A stretch of DNA of 30,507 nucleotides, taken from IMG/VR virus record IMGVR_UViG_3300029305_009146; one strand, 5' to 3'. The translations under genes were made by a program, and so were the position numbers. This DNA is from an uncultured virus (IMG/VR IMGVR_UViG_3300029305_009146). Lineage: Duplodnaviria > Heunggongvirae > Uroviricota > Caudoviricetes. The notes beneath the pieces are model-generated. The model saw only the letters and a program-made list of their open reading frames with translations, did no database searches and was not told the origin of the DNA. This document shows positions 25,901-30,507 of this stretch, piece by piece (the first letter of the stretch is position 1; the number at the start of each line of letters is the position of its first letter).

Positions 25901-26970
25901 TCGTCCACTTCAATAGCGTGGCCTTTTTTGTCTGTAAATCTGCGGACGTCCTTCATTTTTTTGGTTTTGCCATCGGCTTCATACACGATATCCCCGTGAG
26001 TATCCCTTACCGGGACCTTATGAAGCTTTTTTAGTTCTTTCATTTGGGATTTGCTACCGGTAAAATCTTCAATACCGATACTTCGAACCGTCTTTAAGCG
26101 TATAAACTCCATATCGTCGGCTTTTACTTTTTTCTTTCCGCCACTCATGATGGAATCGAACAGCTCTTTTTCTCTCACAGCGCTTTTTGCCGCCTCCATC
26201 TCGGAAGACCCGAGCTTGACCTTTTCACTATAAGTACCAGAGAGTAACCCGGAACTTGTAATATCCCGAGAAAGTGTCATTACATCAAGAGTGTTGTCGC
26301 TTTTACAGGTGACCCCCTTTTGTCCAAACAGCATAAGTACTGCTTTTTTATCTTCGGTCGACTGCGTATTTAAAAACTGATTTAAAACTCCGCATTCTTT
26401 TTCATCAAAATGAATCGGGGTGGTCTCATAAAAACCAAAGTTTGCAACAGACTTTATCTGTGCCTCATTCAATCCTTGAATTTTTGTAGCCTGCTCAAAA
26501 GACCCAACAACATCCCGATTGAGGATGTTATTGGACACAAGAAATTCTGCGCCTCCGTTTTCTACGAACTTATCATAAGCTGCGGCATTCTGGGAACGTA
26601 CATAATTGCCGCTGGCAAGCGTTAAAAGGGCGGCCGTCTTCTCCATTTTTAAAATACCGTCATGAACATCGTTTTGCTGGCGATAAGTTCCCTCCGCAAC
26701 AAATTGTCCGGCAGCTTCTTTTAATCCTCCGTCTACTCTTTGACCTCCAGGGAGTTCAAAGCGGCCGTCAGAGAAATCTGCCGCTGTGTTTAATGCCTTA
26801 GCAGAGGTCATTGCCATCTGCTGTGAAACAGGAACATCACTCTGCTGTTGTTGAGAAGCAGACTGGTTTTTATTAAGGTCTCTTTCGTCAATCTGCATGC
26901 CATCGGCAAAGACGTTCCCTTTAAGAGAACCCATGCCACCCTGTCCGTTGTAGTTTATGTTGTCCGCCAA
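22978..26970 (-). CDS. Large conjugation-associated membrane protein with a basic region, TM helix, Cys/His-rich segment and degenerate C-terminal NlpC/P60-like domain
   Basis: Position downstream of VirB4; TM GLGFLVVYVVLCLVMIVVGAIASFF; C-terminal MRPGAILI...KLGIYLG...LIIDSN. Confidence 0.65.
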   Translation of the reverse strand: MADNINYNGQGGMGSLKGNVFADGMQIDERDLNKNQSASQQQQSDVPVSQQMAMTSAKALNTAADFSDGRFELPGGQRVDGGLKEAAGQFVAEGTYRQQNDVHDGILKMEKTAALLTLASGNYVRSQNAAAYDKFVENGGAEFLVSNNILNRDVVGSFEQATKIQGLNEAQIKSVANFGFYETTPIHFDEKECGVLNQFLNTQSTEDKKAVLMLFGQKGVTCKSDNTLDVMTLSRDITSSGLLSGTYSEKVKLGSSEMEAAKSAVREKELFDSIMSGGKKKVKADDMEFIRLKTVRSIGIEDFTGSKSQMKELKKLHKVPVRDTHGDIVYEADGKTKKMKDVRRFTDKKGHAIEVDEEKYNEICEKIGVVGETTAHQRSEQIRKGQMNRVGTAVLNDDAKTGLAFSKNTVKVTAKTAATAYRATLTGIDNIKIAAHAVANAGVTVASGAVSAAGAIGMIDAQKVSDAKSSLKNAKSAIKDSKTIAKGDKKTRKEIFKEDKNVRNAKRSGNKASLEEARGKRDALKTKRKDDIFDRKEARYRQKHDGQASLRSQKRDARNERNAARTKRKDDRLQARLDKKEKKLNNRKQKRDVRHQRRRDSYLGRKWEQVSSSALGVMMARFGNGFKKFTGAVGGVAGKIAKAPFALYNKIFDIFANIKKVLIKYLGMAGLGFLVVYVVLCLVMIVVGAIASFFTFAFADDTNYGQLLVADMKEIKESFMDMAKKDGVSYYKDAIDNANSSYAQSRVIYSQEYGDGTLVISEIADSAQIGNYYVSYTGYGNYKKTDNMLGSMVPYFGIMRHRYMADEIDGDLYGLAKAQMFNLWIKAHTIQTPNSYSYTIKPHTNLSECKNIYTHAETTGYGNYPKDEFGECNYFITTPSKGDLNCQHDCTYCYSYEYEWNCGYSQGEIMPDGKRHIHNYYGCGGYDKKITYHCGQNHEHTSSCPWSYNVTYNCSHTHEEWKSEEEPGCYNTNYTYTCQGHCPGVIYPVVDLYYTDSVEGLAALDIDRSLGGNYSSFHPSHRIEKDEFSAYPDNKDATKRYEKNNITETDGWKEYWADVFGEMNAGSSSGELTIEGIDKFTSADYARGFDEHYVLEKFPNSYNVLSASDLEDIKSMIGSEADGYLEGVENWEEFDVFFNEDTMGTLNKAEKEEFKNNLTAKYGINLNDTSKRSIKILNAVINNAGVITYNDDRTTSQNSLRFVNTLLIGVNGGAYPDFDFYEKKAKKTVKDLKFLMWQEVAGVANQYDHMRPGAILINPEREKLGIYLGMVDENECLIIDSNPNNPDCSIYTIGIDELDTRFTKAITASEIDEGTWITDKEKEKFPWPNN

Positions 26971-26988
26971 TGGTTACACCTCCTTTTA

Positions 26989-27567
26989 TTAAAAAGCTCC
27001 ATCAAGCACAGAAGTATCGGTCTGTTCGTTCAGATACCGCTCTTCTTCCATCTGGCGCATCATGTTGCCGATTTCCTCAGAGAGGTATTCGTTTCTTGCC
27101 TCTGTTACCTGCAATGAATCTGCGTGCACCAGCATCCGAATGATGTTTAACCCGTCTGCATTCGGCACATCTGCTGTAAGATAAAACAGGAATGGGTTTA
27201 TCAGGTTGACAGCAAGAAGCCGGTCATTTTCAACGCTTTCGTTTTCTAAAATATTCAGGTAGAATATGCTATCTTTGTCCGGATACTTGTTTTGGTTTTC
27301 CCTGAAAAATTGCAGATATCCCCAAAAGAGCTTAAGCTCCGGTTCGTGATAGGAACGGAACATGACGTCAACCACATACCAGTCCGGGTTCTTCGGGTCC
27401 AGCGATAATTTTAATGCCGGTTTTTCAGTGGTGTGAACCGGTTCTTTGTCTGGGTCATGATTCTCATCTGCTACATAACATTGATATGACATCGTGACCT
27501 TGGTCGGGCCATCCTCTTTATATCCATTCATTCTCTTGCATACTTCACAAAGTTCTTCTCTGGTCAT
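26989..27567 (-). CDS. Hypothetical protein
   Basis: SD GGAGG; operon with the 1330-aa gene. Confidence 0.75.
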   Translation of the reverse strand: MTREELCEVCKRMNGYKEDGPTKVTMSYQCYVADENHDPDKEPVHTTEKPALKLSLDPKNPDWYVVDVMFRSYHEPELKLFWGYLQFFRENQNKYPDKDSIFYLNILENESVENDRLLAVNLINPFLFYLTADVPNADGLNIIRMLVHADSLQVTEARNEYLSEEIGNMMRQMEEERYLNEQTDTSVLDGAF

Positions 27568-27628
27568 GTAAATTCCTCCGTGTTTTTAATATAGAATTAA
27601 GACTGAATGCCTTAATTATCCTTATAGG

Positions 27629-27641
27629 GTTAAGGGAAAAT
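27629..27641 (-). promoter_or_regulatory. Conserved upstream motif copy 13
   Basis: gttaagggaaaat; terminator aaaagggctg/cagccctttt at ~27654-27680. Confidence 0.75.
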
Positions 27642-27691
27642 TTTTTCAAAAGAAAAAGGGCTGCATGATACAGCCCTTTTGTTTTTGTAAA

Positions 27692-30115
27692 TTACGCAAC
27701 TTCTCCTGCCTTGGTAGACATAATCTTATACAGCCTTGTGTTCTCCGGGAATACATCCTTAAACGGAATGGTTTGTTTACCGGTGTACAGAAGTCCGCAT
27801 CCGGCGTCCACGTTTGTAATGTGCTCCAAATCGCCATCGCTCAGATTCAGCAATTCTGCAAGGTTTGCTCGGTCGATTGCTGACTGGTTTAACATCATAA
27901 CGAAACTTGTCGTATTGATGATTGCACGTGCCGCCGGTGAAAGAAGTAAATCTTCCACGTTCTGGGTGATACCAGTCGGAACGCCCCAGAACTTACGAGC
28001 TCGCTTCCAAATGCTCTTTAAGAACTCTGCGGAAGACGGGCTGGAAAGCAACAAGTGGAACTCGTCCACATATGCCCAAGTCCAAAGGCCCTTGGTACGG
28101 TTAGCAACCATTCGTGTCCAGATATCGTTCAAACAAATCTTAAGTGCCAGGTCACGTAAGTTGGTTCCGATATCCTTAATGTCATACACGATAAAGCGTG
28201 CATTTACATCAACATTAGTGTGATGTGCAAAGGTATCGAAGGAACCGGTAGTATAACGCTCCATGACAATCGCAAGGTTATGTGCTTCCGGCTGAGACTG
28301 CTCTAACAGCATATTGAAGAGGTTCTGCAACGTCGGACAAATGCTTCGGTCAATAGTCTTCTTCTTTCCGTCCGGTCCCGGAGGAAGCGCGTCAAGCGCC
28401 TGCAGATAATCCGCATAAATCTGAATAATGCAACGGTCTACAATGGACTTTTGTACCGGAGTAAGCTGCGCATTGTGACCAAGCATGGTCTCAAGTAAAC
28501 CGCCGATGAAGTCGGACTTCAAGGAAATCGGATTTCCATCGGAGTCGAACGTGGTGTCAATATCAAGGTCCATGGGATTAAGATAAACACCATTGCCGGG
28601 AGCAATCTTTATTACGGAACCTCCGAACTCCCGAGCAAGTTCCGTATACTCTCCGTCCGGGTCCACGACATATACCTGCGCGTTGGTATTAAGAACTGTA
28701 TTTACAATTTCTCTCTTTGCCGAGAAAGATTTACCGGAACCCGGAGCACCAAGGATAAGTCCATTGTAGTTTTGCTTATCGGGCCCGATACGGTTGTATG
28801 CAATAATGGTTTTATTTACTGCGTTTACGCCGTAGTAGTAACCACCTTTGTCAAACCTGGAAATTTCGTTAAACGGCATAAAGATTCCAAGGCTTTCCGT
28901 CGTGAGCGGGCGCTTGGTAAACGTCTTGTTGGTACCAAACGGCAGGGAACCGAAGAATCCGCGTTCCTGTTGCATGGACAGCACTTTAAATCCGCATAAA
29001 TACTTGGATGCAATATTACGGATAACTTCCTTCTGCTCTTTTAAAGTTTCCGGGTCGTCTGCAAAATGAGACATTGTTAAGCTAAAGAAAAACAGTTTTT
29101 GGTCACGGTTAGACATATCTTCCTGTAACTCATCAATCTGCGCCTTTGCGTTCTTTAAATCGATGGAAATAAAGCTTGGGTCGTATCCGTTCTTGAGTGC
29201 GCGTTTCTGTGCCTCGATAACATCGGAAGTGATTGCGATTCCCTGGTTACGGATAAGCTTAATCGCATCTTCCTGCGGAATCGGGATAATCTGGACCTTA
29301 ATGCAGCTCTCAAAAGAGAGTTCTGTAAGCTCCGCAAGGAAATTGGTATTGAGCCAGTTTGCAATATTATCGAGATACAACGCCTGCCCATAACGGTCAC
29401 CAATCATAAAATTGGTAGCGTTGAACTTCATCGGAGCAGCAATCAAATCCTTTGTAGTTAAGCCCTGTTTTCTTACTGCCTTCCAGTTGATGGAAGTCTT
29501 ACCGTTTTCATCATGCTCAAACAAATAGTTGGTTGCGGTTCCGTTCATAATATTGTGGAACAGTTCCAATCTGGAATCCAGTGTGAGAGCTGAAACCCCT
29601 TCTTTGGACATGCGTTTGAAGTTACGCAACAACTCTTCGTCAATATCAATGAAACGCTTCATAGCCTCATCTACACCTTTAGCAGTGAGTGCGTATGTAA
29701 AATATTTTTCCGAAGTAATGGAATTTTTGGAATTCCGAACCTTGTCTCCTAAAATCTCGGTAAGTTCGGTTCTGAACGTATCCAGTTCATCGCCCTTTTG
29801 TTCCGGCGCAATCTTTTTTAACTTTGCAACCGGGTCCTCCGGGGTATTAATAAAATTGAACGAAAGAACATCATTTGATGCAAGCGCGTTCAAAAAAGCC
29901 TGATATGCTTCATAAATGGTTTCTTGTCCATCCTGAGACAGTGTTTTGAAGGTTGTATCATTAAAATGATACGTTTTGGAAAAGAGACCATCGTACTCCT
30001 GAAATACGCCGTTTTCATAGCACTCCTTATATGGGAGGCTGCTCTGTGCATTCTTAGGAATCGGCATCGGGTCTTTTTTTGTTTTCTTTTTATCGTTTCG
30101 ATTTTTGACCATCAC
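27692..30115 (-). CDS. virB4: VirB4-like conjugal transfer ATPase (TraE/PrgJ type)
   Basis: AQSSLPY, YYGVNAV, NGLILGAPGSGKSFSAKRE, VDPDGEY, YVDEFH and WKRARKFWGVPTGITQNV. Confidence 0.93.
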   Translation of the reverse strand: MMVKNRNDKKKTKKDPMPIPKNAQSSLPYKECYENGVFQEYDGLFSKTYHFNDTTFKTLSQDGQETIYEAYQAFLNALASNDVLSFNFINTPEDPVAKLKKIAPEQKGDELDTFRTELTEILGDKVRNSKNSITSEKYFTYALTAKGVDEAMKRFIDIDEELLRNFKRMSKEGVSALTLDSRLELFHNIMNGTATNYLFEHDENGKTSINWKAVRKQGLTTKDLIAAPMKFNATNFMIGDRYGQALYLDNIANWLNTNFLAELTELSFESCIKVQIIPIPQEDAIKLIRNQGIAITSDVIEAQKRALKNGYDPSFISIDLKNAKAQIDELQEDMSNRDQKLFFFSLTMSHFADDPETLKEQKEVIRNIASKYLCGFKVLSMQQERGFFGSLPFGTNKTFTKRPLTTESLGIFMPFNEISRFDKGGYYYGVNAVNKTIIAYNRIGPDKQNYNGLILGAPGSGKSFSAKREIVNTVLNTNAQVYVVDPDGEYTELAREFGGSVIKIAPGNGVYLNPMDLDIDTTFDSDGNPISLKSDFIGGLLETMLGHNAQLTPVQKSIVDRCIIQIYADYLQALDALPPGPDGKKKTIDRSICPTLQNLFNMLLEQSQPEAHNLAIVMERYTTGSFDTFAHHTNVDVNARFIVYDIKDIGTNLRDLALKICLNDIWTRMVANRTKGLWTWAYVDEFHLLLSSPSSAEFLKSIWKRARKFWGVPTGITQNVEDLLLSPAARAIINTTSFVMMLNQSAIDRANLAELLNLSDGDLEHITNVDAGCGLLYTGKQTIPFKDVFPENTRLYKIMSTKAGEVA

Positions 30116-30483
30116 TTAACTCCTTTATATTTTCTGCTTGGCTTTATTTCTGCCTTTTTGTTCTTTGTCAGGGCTTTGTCGGCCGCAAACTTTGTCTCAT
30201 AGTTGCGGACCGGCGGACTTAGAAAGTTGTCCTTTATGATGATGTACGCCATTTTTTCAAACGGTTCGTCATAAATTTTCATAAAGCCGACAAGAAAGAA
30301 CGGCAGAATGACAAGAAAGGATAAACCCATGCGAAGTGCATCAGAAGCGCCGGACAAAGCAAAATATACGCCAACACCAAGTGCCACACCGGGAGCGGCA
30401 CATCCGATTTCTCTTGCACTGAACGGGCCGATAAACTTTGATTTGTGCTTCAGTATGTTTTTAGGCATTTCAGATTCAATCAT
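30112..30483 (-). CDS. prgI: PrgI family protein (VirB3-like)
   Basis: MPKNILKHKSKFIGPFSARE plus two TM helices and PFEK; overlaps the virB4 start. Confidence 0.85.
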   Translation of the reverse strand: MIESEMPKNILKHKSKFIGPFSAREIGCAAPGVALGVGVYFALSGASDALRMGLSFLVILPFFLVGFMKIYDEPFEKMAYIIIKDNFLSPPVRNYETKFAADKALTKNKKAEIKPSRKYKGVK

Positions 30484-30507
30484 GTAGGCGTCCTCCTTTC
30501 TTATGCA

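Larger units (their letters stand above)
1..30507. mobile_element. Internal segment of a large Firmicutes conjugative element (ICE or plasmid)
   Basis: PrgI/VirB4 module, no housekeeping genes, uniform gene orientation and an element-wide regulatory motif; no boundaries visible. Confidence 0.8.

Noticed and set aside
444..27641. Repeated motif as a CRISPR array or integron attC sites
   Set aside because: Copies are short, irregularly spaced by whole operons, not palindromic, and track gene orientation; no cas or integrase gene in the window.

Overview
This window is part of a large conjugative element (ICE or plasmid) from a Firmicute, probably Lachnospiraceae-like judging by the SSB tail GDGFMNIPDGIDEELPFN. 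Almost every gene is on the minus strand. The right end carries conjugation genes: PrgI, a VirB4-like ATPase and a 1330-aa membrane protein ending in a degenerate NlpC/P60-like domain. Next come a sigma-70-like protein, an SSB-like protein, a 5'-nucleotidase and a nuclease-like/UvrD helicase fusion. Further left are a ~7.8 kb operon of small, mostly unknown proteins interrupted by a tnpB-only IS200/IS605 element, a GNAT/ATPase pair, an HTH plus nucleotidyltransferase pair and a VanX-family dipeptidase. Two element-wide patterns stand out. (1) A 13-copy non-canonical motif, TTTYCCTTAAC, sits on the coding strand ahead of nearly every transcription unit. It is the candidate promoter of an element-encoded sigma factor that seems to lack the region 4 HTH. 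(2) About 14 unrelated proteins share an acidic-x-hydrophobic-[ED]-R C-terminal tail encoded by different codons, a candidate protein-level signal. All family calls come from motif recognition by eye; no searches were run.
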